A stretch of 64,000 nucleotides of DNA from Anthoceros angustus (lineage: Eukaryota > Plantae > Anthocerotophyta). The stretch lies in the NCBI GenBank assembly GCA_010909165.1, contig VJWM01000284.1:62001-126000 (forward strand), given 5' to 3'. This document shows, in pieces, positions 13,801 through 26,759 of the stretch (position 1 is its first letter; each line of letters begins with the position of its first letter). Made by a program: the position numbers and the translations under genes. Below the pieces are notes generated by a model, which saw nothing but the letters and a program-made list of their open reading frames with translations, was not told the origin of the DNA and made no database searches.

Positions 13801-16800
13801 ATTTGAGAGCTCTTCACTCACAGCCTCTGGAGCTAATGCAGAAGTTTGAAGCAGTGTCCTTGACACATGTGCCACGACAAGGAACGAGCACGACCCGCCA
13901 AATTAGCTTTGAAGGAGGAACAAACTACTGCCCGAGCAAGTTCACAAGCCATGTCTCTAAGAATTGCGGCAGAAGTATGTCGAGTTGTCAGCAAGGCCCG
14001 GATGAGTATGAGGAAGAAGGATGGACATCCGGAGCGTGAACGAGCTGCGCGTGGTGTTATTTGGCAACGCAGGATTGGCAATAGTGAGATCTCCCCGTGA
14101 GTGCGGATCTGCTCGATATCCGTGACCGTGGCCGCGCGTAACCACAAGGAGGGCGGCAATGGCGATCCCGGCAGGGTTAGTGGAAGCAGCCAAGTGTGGA
14201 GCAAAGCGGGTAATGATCAAGAGCCATGACTCAGGAATGTTGCTTGAGGTCCAGAATTTTGCAGCAGGCCAAGGTAGTACAGTGGCAACCCGAGTCTTGA
14301 TACAGATCGCAAGAATTGTGGCGACAATGGATGGAGTTGGATTTCTACACATCAACGAAGCTCATAATATCAAGGCACACAAGATGGCTAATGCAGGTCT
14401 CTACAATAATGCAAGGAAGAACACAGGTATGACATTCCGAGCGATGGCTGTAAAAATTGAAAACCCTATAGCCTTGTATGAACAAATTGCAGATTATCTC
14501 AAGGAAAGGAAAATGCCGGAAGGCTAGGGGCTGATCCAAGCATGAAGAGGAAGTTACAATCTTGGTCGAAAGCATACACCATGATAGAAGGGAAGTTGTT
14601 TAGAATCGGTCCCGATAGGGTCCTACGCTGTGTATGGGCGAATGATACCTCGGATCCTTTTGAGATGCATGACTCGTGTGTGGTGGTCATTTTGATGCAT
14701 CGCAATCGGTCAAAAGATTCGAGGGCTGGTTTTACCGCCCACCTTGTTCAAGGATGTTCGTGAGTATTGCCAGTAGTCTCGCCAAAATTTGCTCAAGTGT
14801 CACAAGGTGGTTTGTTGTGTCCAAAGGTTTCCTAGCGGTCCCTTTGTCAAGTGGGGTATTGATTGTATAGGTCCGATCAGCCCAAAGGTCATTTCATGGC
14901 AATCGCTACATAGTAACAAAGAATCGACTATGCTACCAAGTGGGTTGAAGTCGCCGCACTATCGTGAGAAATGGTAGGAACTGCACCATCATGTGATCAC
15001 AAGGTTTGGATGTCCAGAGATAGTGTCGGATCGAGGTCGAGAGTTTGTCAACGAGGTGGTTGAGAAAGTCATGTCCATGTTCTTTGTCAAGCATAGGTTA
15101 ACAACGGCCTATCATCCTATGGCTAATGGTCAAGTCGAAAGCTCAAACAAGATAGCCATTAAAGTGTTGTCTAAACTTTGCCAGGATGAGCCACAACGCT
15201 GGGATCAACACCTGTATGGTGCCCTCTGGGCCATGCGAACCCGTGTTAAAACTGGGAGTTTCCTTCGAGTTAGTTCACGAGTACCGCTAGGGTACCCTCT
15301 CGTCACTACAAGAACAAGAGGATTCGCATCCCGGAGGCTATGTCTATGGAAGAAGATGCAAGGATTGCAGCTTGCATGAATTGGATGAGGTCAAGAGCAC
15401 CACCTCACCATCAAGAAGAGAAACTCAAGCGTAAAGAAAAGTATGATGAGGACAAGAAGGAGTTCGGTTTCTCTGTGGGAGAATGGGTCCTCAGGCTAAA
15501 CGTCCGCAGGTATCTCAAAAGGGAGTCGGGGGCGAAGCTGAAGCCGCGTTGGGAAGGCCCATGGCTTGTCAAAAAGATACATGAGAACGGGTCAGTAGAT
15601 GTGGTGAAACCGTCTGATCTGGAAGCTACGGAGACGGTAAGTGGGTCTCACCTCAAGAAATTCTATTGCTGATAACACTACCATGAGTAGCTGCGGTCCT
15701 GATTAGGATGCCTGCATACCATGGTTGAAGGCATCTAACCTAAGCCAGCAGACTATTTTTAGGTGGGATTAGGCTTGGATAGGGTATACGTATGATGGGT
15801 GAATGGCTGAGAATGTGATTGTTGGTAGCCCCAAACGAGTGGCCAATGGTGGCCAAGAGAACTACTTAAAGCTAGCAGAGTTGATAGGAGGTGTACTTCG
15901 TACTATGACAGGAATGGACTCCTTCTGGCCTACTTATGACCCTCAGCTGCTGCAGAGGCCTCGTAGTAGGAAGGAAGTCATCCTGTTTCTGTCATACTGT
16001 GGTAGGCACCATGAGTGGTGCCCGATAGAAGGTTTTGATGAGAGGCGCCTTGACTTGAGTCTGATGGGTAGGTCCAATGCGTATACATGGACCCGGAGGT
16101 GTCATGAATGTTGGGAGGATCTTCGGATGCACTTGTGGTCGCATGTGTGTGTCAGTAGAAGCTTGCAGTGGACGGGTCAATGTTTCACGGAAAACCATCC
16201 AACCATGGGGAACTTCAAGCTTGGTTAGTCGATTTGCGTGTCACCGGAAGGTCAGCCGAGTTCAATGATTGGTATTACTTGGTATATCCTTTGGCTTGGA
16301 TCTTGAAGAAAGACTTAGCTTTTGGGAATGGTCATCTGCTCATGATGCTTCTGGGACACCTTTGAAGCTCCATGAGCCAACACCTATCCGAGTGATAGAT
16401 TTTGTCGACCAACACTGCATGCCTTGGAGCCTACATCGGAGTCGATTGAAGAGGTCGAAGACTTGATAGACCGCTTGCAAGGATTGATGCGGGATTATAT
16501 CAAAGCTGAAAGGTAATGCCAGAGATAAAGCAGGGCCTTAATGACCAACCATCAGGGCATGAAGACGGAAGACCTTTCCCGGTGGCTCTGAGCTGGGTGA
16601 ACAATACGATACAAGGTGTGGTGTGCAATTCTGTGTGTGAAGTATAACAGGAGATTATGGAGTCGTGTGTGTGCGTAACTACATCCTTGTCCTTCTTATC
16701 AGGGGAGCGAGCCCAGGGGCCAGCCGGGGAGAGAAAATGTGCAAGGATAAGAACGAAATAACAAAGGGGATGTTTTGTGTGGTGTGAATGAAGATTTCTA

Positions 16801-17395
16801 TTCTGATAGCAAGGGATCTCTGCAACAATGCCTCTTGGTGCCAACGGTGCATAGGATTCCAGTAAGCATCATGAGTTTAAAGTAGAGCCAACTTTAGAAA
16901 AGGACTCCCGCTACAAATAGCGGCCATTGTAATCTGGAAGGGGCATTCAGCAATGGATGGGACGGAGTCCCCTTGCTCATCGCGAGCTTCTAAGCTCTTG
17001 TGCCTTGACCCTATCAAAGATTCTAGCTTGGTAGTTCCACATGTCCAGTCATATACTTTGTGATTTCCTGAGGGGCTTGATTGCTGATAGTCGGTCATGC
17101 TCGCAATTCCATCTGTGTATGTATGTATGGTGCAGGGCTCGGTGAGCGCAGAGACTAGGCCACATCAATCTGTATACGCTCTCCCGGGCCACGGTGACAT
17201 GGCAGTGCTGTCCCCATAATCGACTAACATATCCGGTTCGGTCGATACGGAAGAGGTCATTCGTCACCCGATGCTAGGTAAGTCCATAGGAGCATCTCAG
17301 AATGTGTGAGACTGGCTACAAGTAGAAGGGTAGGGATCTCCCTCTTGGGGTAGGCTGCTACCTCAAGGAGATGGAGTATTTAACAGCACAATTGT
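13795..17395 (+). mobile_element. Tat/Ogre-like Ty3/gypsy 3' half: aRNase H region, integrase, extra ORF, probable PPT/LTR
   Basis: LELMQKFEAVSLTHVPRQ (aRH). Integrase motifs GGHF, PFVKWGIDCIGP, RFGCPEIVSDRGREF, YHPMANGQVESSNK, KLKPRWEGPW. Purine tract ggggagagaaaa before TG at ~16738. The LTR extent is uncertain. Confidence 0.8.
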
Positions 17396-17772
17396 TTCTT
17401 AGGGCACACTAACAATTGGACTACCCGCGTAGGGCACTAACAAGTGGCGGCCCTGCACACTTGCGGAGATTGATTGCATGATGTTTTTAGCTAAGGATGG
17501 GCAGCATCCCATCCAAGTACTATCCGTCTTATGTGTGGAGTTCCAATGAACTCATGTCTGGATGTCAGTCCTTGAAAGGAGGACGCCAGCCCTGTTTTGG
17601 GCTTTTAACTTTTATAGACATGCTCACTATATGATCAACAAAACAAAATAGATAAAAAAACGTTACAAATTGTGCTCACACTAACAATTACATAAAGCTA
17701 GGTATGATGGCATAGTTTCAATACGTTCTAAGAAGATCTGTAAACACTAGGGCCATTGTACCAAGAAGAGTT

Positions 17773-20765
17773 CTAAACGCCAGGACCACCATAAAATAGC
17801 CAAGTACCTCTAGTTAGACATGGACCATATGGCTGATCGAAAAACATCTTCGAATTATAGTTTTGCGGATTTGATTCCAATATTTTCAGATCCCCAGAAT
17901 TCTCAACTTTATGTGTAATTAAATTATTAGCCTCATTCGCCGTGAAATAAAACAAATCGGCAAGATATGCTGGAGTATCATTGTCACCACAAGGTACTGG
18001 ACCCACTGCTGTAGAACCAAATCGTCCATTCCCCATTGCTACCGGCGAGTCTGGAGGTGATCGATATACCTCGCCTCCAAACATAATATCTGATGTGAAT
18101 TGTTGAAGAGAATCTGGTGAGTAGATGGAGAAAGGCCAATAACCTACCGGCTTATTATTAATATACAACCACCAATTATCCGAAATCTTGCTCTTCATTA
18201 TAAATATGCATCAAGGAAACAAAATATATTAGAAATTTAAATATGAAAAAATATTTTACTACAGTAATAAGAATCAACAAAAAACCAAGATAAGTAGAGT
18301 GTCATATACTTTGTAGATTGTAAATAGTAGACTTGTGCCCTCATAATTACCAGTAAAAGTTCCACCTAATAAATATTCTGAAGAAGTTTGGACAAATCCC
18401 GAGCATAAAAGATTATAACAACCAATAAAACGATAACCATCCGATCACAAGAACACAAAAACTCTAGTTAATCATAGAACACAAAAAAACTATTAGAGTT
18501 ATTAAAACTATTCAAGGATTTATTTAGCACATACCGTCCAATATACAAACAAACGAGGATCCGTACTTCCCGCGTAGTGTGATGGATACACCTGTGTACA
18601 ATAAATTCAATTCAAATCAATTCACGAGAAAAAATTGATGGACCAAGATATCAAATGCATAATGTTTACACTAAACCATAAGCAGAACTTAGAAGACAAA
18701 ATTTCTCAAATGCCTTACATGCCATCCCGCTTCAGCAGAGTTGAAGTCTTTTGTGTTCTGATTGATCACCCACATTTGGGAAAGTGTAAAATCTGTTTGA
18801 GGTGTTATGGGTTTCCAAAGACTAATGTGTACTCCTCCCGTGATATTCTCCTGTAGATTTGTCACATCAAAGCCATAGTAACAATCTTTATATGTTCATC
18901 ATTAACAAATACCTAGTATGTATGAAAATTGCAACACTAGAATAACAAAATGCGACAATTCAAACGCATACTTGATGTATTCTCAGTGGAGTAGTAATTG
19001 AATGGTTAAGTGGATGAAGGTTCAAGTCCTCGTGTCTTTTGATATACTCGAGCTTGATGGGTCTTGAATTTCTTCTTTCGACATGCGAATAGGAATGGTA
19101 CCTTGGGACAAGAACCTACTTCCTTTTATACAATTGAACTGTGGATTTGCCAAATCTTCCATGCCCATTGTTACAGTAGTCCGAGGTGATCGATATACCG
19201 CCTCCAAACATAATATCCGGATGAATTGTTGAAGAGAATCGGTGAGTAGATGGAGAAAGGCCAATAACCTACCGCTTATTATTAATATACAACCACCAAT
19301 TATCCAAATCTTGCTCTTCATTATAAATATGCATCAAGGAAACAAAATATATTAGAAATTTAAATATGAAAAAATATTTTACTACAGTAATAAGAATCAA
19401 CAAAAAACCAAGATAAGTAGAGTGTCATATACTTTGTAGATTGTAAATAGTAGACTTGTGCCCTCATAATTACCAGTAAAAGTTCCACCTAATAAATATT
19501 CTGAAGAAGTTTGGACAAATCCCGAGCATAAAAGATTATAACAACCAATAAAACGATAACCATCTGACTGCGCAACACAAAAAACTCTAGTTAATCATAG
19601 AACACAAAAAAACTATTAGAGTTATTAAAACTATTCAAGGATTTATTTAGCACATACCGTCCAATATACAAACAAACGAGGATCCGATTTCGTGAGTGTG
19701 ATGGATACACCTGTGTACAATAAATTCAATTCAAATCAATTCACGAGAAAAAATTGATGGACCAAGATATCAAATGCATAATGTTTACACTAAACCATAA
19801 GCAGAACTTAGAAGACAAAATTTCTCAAATGCCTTACATGCCATCCCGCTTCAGCAGAGTTGAAGTCTTTTGTGTTCTGATTGATCACCCACATTTGGGA
19901 AAGTGTAAAATCTGTTTGAGGTGTTATGGGTTTCCAAAGACTAATGTGTACTCCTCCCCCGTGATATTCTCCGTGTAGATTTGCTGTCACATACTGAAAG
20001 CCATAGTAACAATCTTTATATGTTCATCATTAACAAATACCTAGTATGTATGAAAATTGCAACACTAGAATAACAAAAATGCGACAATTTCAAACTGCAT
20101 ACTTGATGTATTCCTGCAGGTGGAGTAGTAATTGAATGGTTAAGTGGATGAAGGTTCAAGTCCTCAGGTCTTTTTGATATACTCTCGAGCTTCAGTAGGT
20201 CTTGAATTTCTTCTTTCGACATGCGCAGAATAGGAATGGTACCTTCGGGACAAGAACCTACTTCCTTTTTATACAATTGAACTGGTGGATTTGCCAAATC
20301 TTCCATGTGCGCCATTGGTGGTGGTGGTTTCTGCATGTAGTGAACATGAAAGATTAAAAGATGTTGAAAATGAAAGCTAAATGTGTCCATAAACATTGAA
20401 GGCTTTAAATTACATCAATAACGTGATCTTGAAAGCGTGGATCTTGTAAGGTGACTTGATGTTCAACATTGACACAATCCACTATAGAGCCATCTGAAAG
20501 CTGCAATAGAGTCATGTGAAGAGCTATGAAAAAATTAGTATACTATTATGAATCTAGCTACATTCTCGAACAAATCAAAAGCAGTGGGAGGCAATCCAAT
20601 AGAAAAGTCACATCAATAGGTGCAGAAACACAGTACATTGTGCGATTCAACAAATGGTAAGGTAACATTAGCCACCGAGAATGAATTAGCATGCCTAATT
20701 AATGACAAGCAAGCCAATAATAATAAACATCTAGCAAACATGATGATATCTCTCTTTGATTCCAT
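17773..20765 (-). CDS. Second neprosin copy, inverted; as assembled it contains a ~1.1-kb internal duplication (18040-19165 / 19165-20305)
   Basis: Same exon set as 6602-8644, with ATG at 20765. Retains SAEAGW and GGEVY. The duplicated segment has many 1-bp deletions, so it may be an assembly artefact. Confidence 0.8.
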
Positions 20766-21658
20766 GGTACCACAAACTACATAAAATAACTTGACCTTTG
20801 CTCACATATATAGTGCATAACCATTTGGTATCTCGATCTTTTACATAAGGATATCTTGATATCTATCGTTTTATATATCTATATATCTTATCTCAAATAA
20901 AATTTTAATTTTAATAATTTTAAACCACTTTGAGAAAATAAGCTTTAAGTTCACATCACATCAATTTAATGTCAACATTTTTCCTCTGTAATGATCCCAA
21001 CACCAAGAGCATGGTTGTGGGCATAACGTTCACAAGTATAAGAAGGAAGTTGAGCGTGTCAGTCAGGGAGACTTATTTGTGGAATTCCATCTAAAATAAA
21101 AGTGGCGCGGGTTGCACAAACTATGGTCCCCCTCTTTACTAAAATCATGATCACCACAAATTGTCGGTGCCATTTGCTCCTGGCCTCTCGGCCAAAGAAA
21201 CTAGAGACTTCGCGCAACTAGATGCACAGAAACGCTCTTTAACCTCTAATGGACGGAGCGGTTTTCCCCACTTTTCTCGATCGTTAAATGATAGAAAACA
21301 TGGGAGGGGCTTATCAATTTTCCTGTTTTTTGAACTCCACGATAATTACGAGTAGCTTGGATTCCCCCATTGAAGTCCTCTCTCCATTGCTTACCGATGT
21401 GTGGTATTTCTTGAATGCAAATTGATTCAAGGTTCTAAGTTGTTTAGCGAGAGATTCTCCAAATTGATCGGCATGGTGCAAACCAACGAGAGATTCCTCA
21501 TATCTTTAGTACTAGTACTAAAGAAAACTGCATGTCGTACTTGCAGTTGCTCCTCAGCATGATTTACGACATCCACTAGTGCTAAATTGTTCTTTTCCAA
21601 AACAGGCAGGAAACCAGACATGCTTTCCTTTTCATGCCTGTTGTGGCAGCTAATGTTT

Positions 21659-22260
21659 TTACACTGGTGTCTCCTTTGGCCTAGCTAGTCTATCCATACA
21701 ATTCAAAGTCCTCCATATCTTCGCCATATGATGATGAAGGTTTGCTGGAGTCCATGGTACTACTAAGATTGGCAGCCTTGTTAGCCATAAATTCATCAAT
21801 AGAATCACACAAACAGTGAGCCAAAGTGGGCCAAAGAATGACTTTGGCAGCCTCTGAGATTCACGCACTCCTTTATCCATACACCAATAGGAACTCTTGC
21901 CGGAATGAGATCCTCTTTCCCAATCTGCACTCTTGTTATACTCTCTCTTGTAGAACAACCACTTATCCTGGCACTGTTTTGCTGTCCGGTACACTCCTAG
22001 AGCTGCATAAGCAATTGAGATTGCTTACCACCTGACATCACCACTTGTGGGTTTTTTTCTTTGTACCACCTTCTTTGTGCTTTACCATGTCTTCCCTGCG
22101 ACAGGCCACCAACACCAACAACATGCTTTCATCCCACCTTCTACACTCTTCAGACATGGGAATACCTTCTGCACAAGATTCCGTGGAAGTCTGTGGTGGC
22201 ATGTCTGTGTTCTTCTTGTGAGTTGATCCTTTTATGGTTTTCCATTTCTTCTGTATAGGG
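21659..22260 (-). pseudogene. Trihelix (GT-1/ASR3-like) Myb/SANT DNA-binding protein, frameshifted
   Basis: RRWDESMLLVLVACRRED...HKW...RTAKQCQDKW...YNKSADWE...SYWCMDKGVRESQRLPKSF matches the trihelix three-Trp pattern plus the SYW.M...LP..F tail. Confidence 0.8.
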
Positions 22261-22518
22261 GTTAGCTCAAGAATTGGCTCTTGAGTAAGAAATGACTGTG
22301 GCAGGTGATCATTTCGCACCGCTTGTGTGTAACACGATAGTATTTGAAGTGGCTGAATATATATGAACCCGCTTCCAAAAATCAAAATCCCTCTTGTGCA
22401 AATCTTGACAGTAACTACAATGCATATTTAAGCATGTTTTGATTATATGGGGTGAGTGTTATTCCTTCGGATTGCAATTTCAGTCCATTTGTAAGAGCAA
22501 TACCTAGTTATGGTGGTT

Positions 22519-25500
22519 GGCGCCGGCTTGCCAGTGCCCATACTGAACCCCTCTTTACAATAGGGTGTCATGGACGGCTTAAAAATCAGCCCTGAAGTCG
22601 TTACTGGTGAAAGGATTCAGAAGTCGGAAGGCACCAGCATGCCGGCGCCCTCTACACAACACAAAGTTCGACAAAACAATATGTAACCCTCAACCCACAA
22701 AAGTGTGACCTAACCCGCACGCTCATCAAAACAAGGCTGAGAATCTGGTGGGCACTGCCCAGACACACTAGCCATAACTACTTCCAGATTCTTCAGTCGC
22801 GCCTGATCGGGTCTTCAAAGGTGTCGTTCTCCTCCAGGATATTTTCAGTGTCCGATGAGCCCCCTCGACATCCTTCGGCGGTGTCCGTTGGACGCCAGAT
22901 TGTGTCCAATGTCTGCTGCCCACCGTCGAGGATGTCTTTAGTTTTCTCTTTCCTCTTGGAAGACCCCGAAGAAATAACTTGAGCTTGGACAAACTTTTTT
23001 CCGACAAGGTCACCTCTTTAGCCCAGAACTGAGTTGGCCCACGGTGGTGTGGCTCGTGGTTCAACTCCTCCTCTGCGTCCAGCAAAACTTCATATCTATG
23101 GATCCTCTGAGGAATGAACTTTGCGCAGCGCTTGTCTGTATCCACAGCAATGCGATTCCGGCCACATAGCAGAGCAGCCAATGTTGTCAAACTACTCCCA
23201 GCACAGGCGTCTAAAATCCAATCTCCCTCCTGTGAAAAGTTTTGATGATTCTCATCAATTTGCTCAATGGCCTCTGATACGCACTGACTACTAGCTTATC
23301 GAGAGATGTGTATAGCAGCTTCTTCACCACAGTATCATGCCCAATGACCGCATGTCCGTTGTTGAAGGAACCCTGCACATTATGTGGGAGCATGGAAACT
23401 CTGGCCTTCTCGATACGAGATGTTGTCCCATACAAATGAGACCCGACCTCCCCCTGTGCACCACTTTCACATTGTCTCCCTGACCGTGTGGTGCTCTTCC
23501 ACACCATGCATCACTATCTTCCTTATCTCATCGCAACTTGTCATATCATGGAACGCATCGAAAACTATACTCATCTGTTGCAAGCCCATTGTCACATCAT
23601 GCTTCCCCTTGTTGAACCCTCTAGGCACATCCATGACTATCAATGTTTACTTTCGAATTCGCAGGAAACCTCTCATGTCAATTATATCCCTTACCATAAC
23701 TTGGTACTTGACAATGTTCTCAGTCGTCGGTACTGTGAAAGATTGCAGGCCTTCCTCCATGTCCATGTCTGCCATTGCCCTTTGCTCCTCCTCTAGGCCT
23801 TTCCAAGTGTGCGCTTCAAGCATAAAAGCTTGAAAATCATATGGAAGTTCCTTCAGGTCATCTACATCCTTAACTTGTTATTCAAACGAAAGAAGGTGAG
23901 TTCATTAGCACGTAGAAGAGGGAGAGGGGAAGAACACTTGCGAGGGCACCAACATGCCGGCGCCCCATTCGGGAAACAGCATAGCAAAGAAGCATGAACC
24001 AACCTTGCCCTCAAACGCCATCTGAAATCTTGCGATGACCTTGTCCGTTGAGTTTTGGGGATATTTCTGCCTGACTTGCTCGAATGAGTCACATTCGAAG
24101 TGCTTGGCCATTACCATCTGAATGACATGGAACTTCTTCTGAAGTGTGATTTCCTTCGCCATCCCATTGAGGTCTAGAAGCCCCGTCAAAACCTTCTCTG
24201 TTGCACTTATCAACATTTGGTGGCCACTCTCTCTAGGTGGGATGCCTTGGAAACTCCTTGAGGGCTTGCCTTGCATCTCTTTTGGCTTGAGAAAGACGCC
24301 ATCTACTGCCTTCAACTCGTCAGTCACTTTATGTTTGCCCTTGCTCTTCTGGCTTGTGCCCTCTGCAACATGTTTTGCCTGTTCCGGCAACTCCATGGCC
24401 TCCCACTTGCTAAATATTTTGTCCACATTCTCCCACACTTTTCCTTCCAACTTGGAGATGCATAGAATATGGGTCCTATTGTCCACCTTGTTCTGTTTAT
24501 ACTGCTTATCCTCACGGCCTTCGTCGTCCTTGATCAGTCCAAGTACTTTGTACAGGTTGAATTTCTAGTTTATGGTCATGTTCACACCATCCCGCTTCGC
24601 GATTTGCAACTCGTCTCTCAACTTGACTTGCTCAATAAAGTTCATCTTTCTCCTCTTGTCGGACATGGTGTTGTAGTCAGTGGCTAAAACTCTCATCTCC
24701 AGAACAATGAGACCACAATATACATGAGCCTCAATCCACTGGAGGCTCGCCTTACCGGGTGATATGTCCGCATAGCTGCATATATATATATGGTTTCCTC
24801 CAAGCACTCCAATCACATACTTCTTAGCCCTGAACTTCTTCCAATCCAGGGAATTAATATCATTGCACTCTTCCGAATCAATCATGCAAAGGAGAGGCAG
24901 CACTCCTTCCTCGATTTCCCCTTTACCCGGGCTAGGTAGTTTGCCCAAGCCTTGTCCACTCTTTGGATTTGCGCATCTGGAGTTAGGAAGGAAGCAGGTC
25001 TCAAGTATTCCAGCTTTACCAACACGGTTTCTGGAACCACTTTCTTCGCATATGCAGCTTCCCTAACAGTCCTCAAATAATCCTCATCCAAAACTGATGC
25101 CTCCAACCTTTCCTCATCAGTGGACACATGAACAATTGGAATATCGTGGATGTCAGATGGTCTTGCCACTCGCCTGCCCTTCGTCTTCCCCCTTCCTCAC
25201 TTTGGGCTCTGCTGACATCGCAGGAGGCTGCTTTCCACTTCCGACTACCACCTGAAGAAACCCGGACCCCACCATCATCAACCACTGGAGGGGCGCCGAC
25301 ATGTCGGCACCCCTCATGGTTGTCCGCACTGGGTCTGGCCTTCGCTGCCTGTCCATGCCCACTTTGAGCCTTCTTCCCTGTCGGTGGCTTACTATTGCCA
25401 CTCCCAGTCCCAGACCCCGGTTCACTCCTAGATTGAAGAACTGCATCTTCATAGGTTGCGGGGTGCCATTTGCCTTGAGAAGGGCCTGCAGTGGCATGCC

Positions 25501-25608
25501 GGTGCCCCTCCTCCACTCTTGCATTGTACCCGGGCATAAACCAAGAAACCTGAGGGGTACCCAATTCCTGCATAGCAGGTAGGGTGCCGGCATGCCGGCG
25601 CCCTACCT
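22519..25608. repeat. Dispersed palindromic motif GGGYRCCGRCATGYCGGCRCCC (5 copies + 1 half site)
   Basis: Copies at 22519-22539, 22630-22650, 23944-23965, 25291-25312 and 25582-25603; half site at 25493-25507. Confidence 0.8.
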
Positions 25609-26759
25609 CTTCCTCATCGTCGATAACACGCGGCACTGAGGGCACAAGCACGGAAGCACCTGGTGGATCGGGTGCAAAGTCCAGATTGATATCCGTCTCC
25701 TTCTCTTCATCTTCCCCATCGTATCCGTCGTCATCCGATTGACCAAGGACATCCGGAATGGGGCCATCATCTTGATCTGATGGGCCAATCTTTAGCTCTA
25801 AGTCAACATTAGCATGACATTGTTCCTCTAGGGCGAATTCAGGCAGTCCCTGTCTTGTTCCCCGGAAAGACATCTTCCTTTTGTGATTGATCATGGACTT
25901 TGTGATGACCCCACAGAGGCATCTATAGAACGCTCTTTCGGGCTGAAAATCACAAGAGGCAAGTGTCAGTTAACATGGAGCACGAAAAGTGGTAGCTCAT
26001 GAATGAAGACAGACAATTTCCACTTACATTTTGTCCCCGTAGACTTTCACGAAATTGCATTGAAAGCTCCTTGGGTTTACATTTCTTTGCGTGGAAGCCA
26101 TCCAGCCTGAAAAGGAATACTGGTAATTATCTGGTGTATGCGGCAATTGATCAATGACATAGGGTCTTGATGTGCAAAGCACTTGGACCTCGGGATGTCC
26201 ATTTTCCATGTCCAAGCTTGCCCACAAAACCCATCCGGCCCTTGCGCGCTGGTTGGGCAGAGCACCCATGCATCCTGTTATTCACAACTTCAACAGAGGG
26301 GTCCAGATTGCACTATCTTCTTCCGGCTCTCTAGCTTGAGTGAAAAACCAATCTTTCTCTAATGCCGATGTTTCCTCAACCTGGCTTGTGTGTCTCCGTA
26401 ATTGAACTGCCTCATACATGTATGGCGATGGATTAGGCTCCGGAGTACCCTTCTTTTTACTCCTTGACATTGCGGTCTTCTCACCACCCCTTCCCTGCGC
26501 CTTTGTGGTGCTGGCCTTTGCTGAATTTAGAGACCCAGCCTTTCCGACACCCTGAAGACTTGTTAGAATTGCATCGCAAGGCTGGAGACAAGGAATACCA
26601 ATAGGGCCGGCAGAAGTTAGAACCGGGAATGGAGATTCGGGGCAAAGGGTCTTCTTTCTTCGCCTTCGATTTACGCGGATTCTTCAGCCTCCCCACAATC
26701 CCAGGCTGATCCAGAACGGGCTCTGCCAGGTCCTTCTTGCTGCGTCTTCCACTCGCCAT
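22768..26759 (-). pseudogene. ParB/Srx-like domain fused to a beta-class N6-adenine/N4-cytosine DNA methyltransferase, degenerate
   Basis: Hand translation gives VIGVLGGNH (GGNH 24801-24790)...WIEAHVYCGL..EMRVLATDYN, then motif IV LIVMDVPRG (DVPR 23631-23620), then YQRPLSKLMRIIKTFSQEGDWILDACAGSSLTTLAALLCGRNRIAVDTD (motif I at 23211-23194). Several stops and frameshifts. The 5' extent beyond 25894 is inferred from an apparent intron at 25943-26027. Confidence 0.8.

Noticed and set aside
22768-26759. ParB-MTase as bacterial or phage contamination
   Set aside because: It has apparent spliceosomal introns, a low-complexity N-terminus, a plant trihelix neighbour and continuous plant TE context, with no operon structure.
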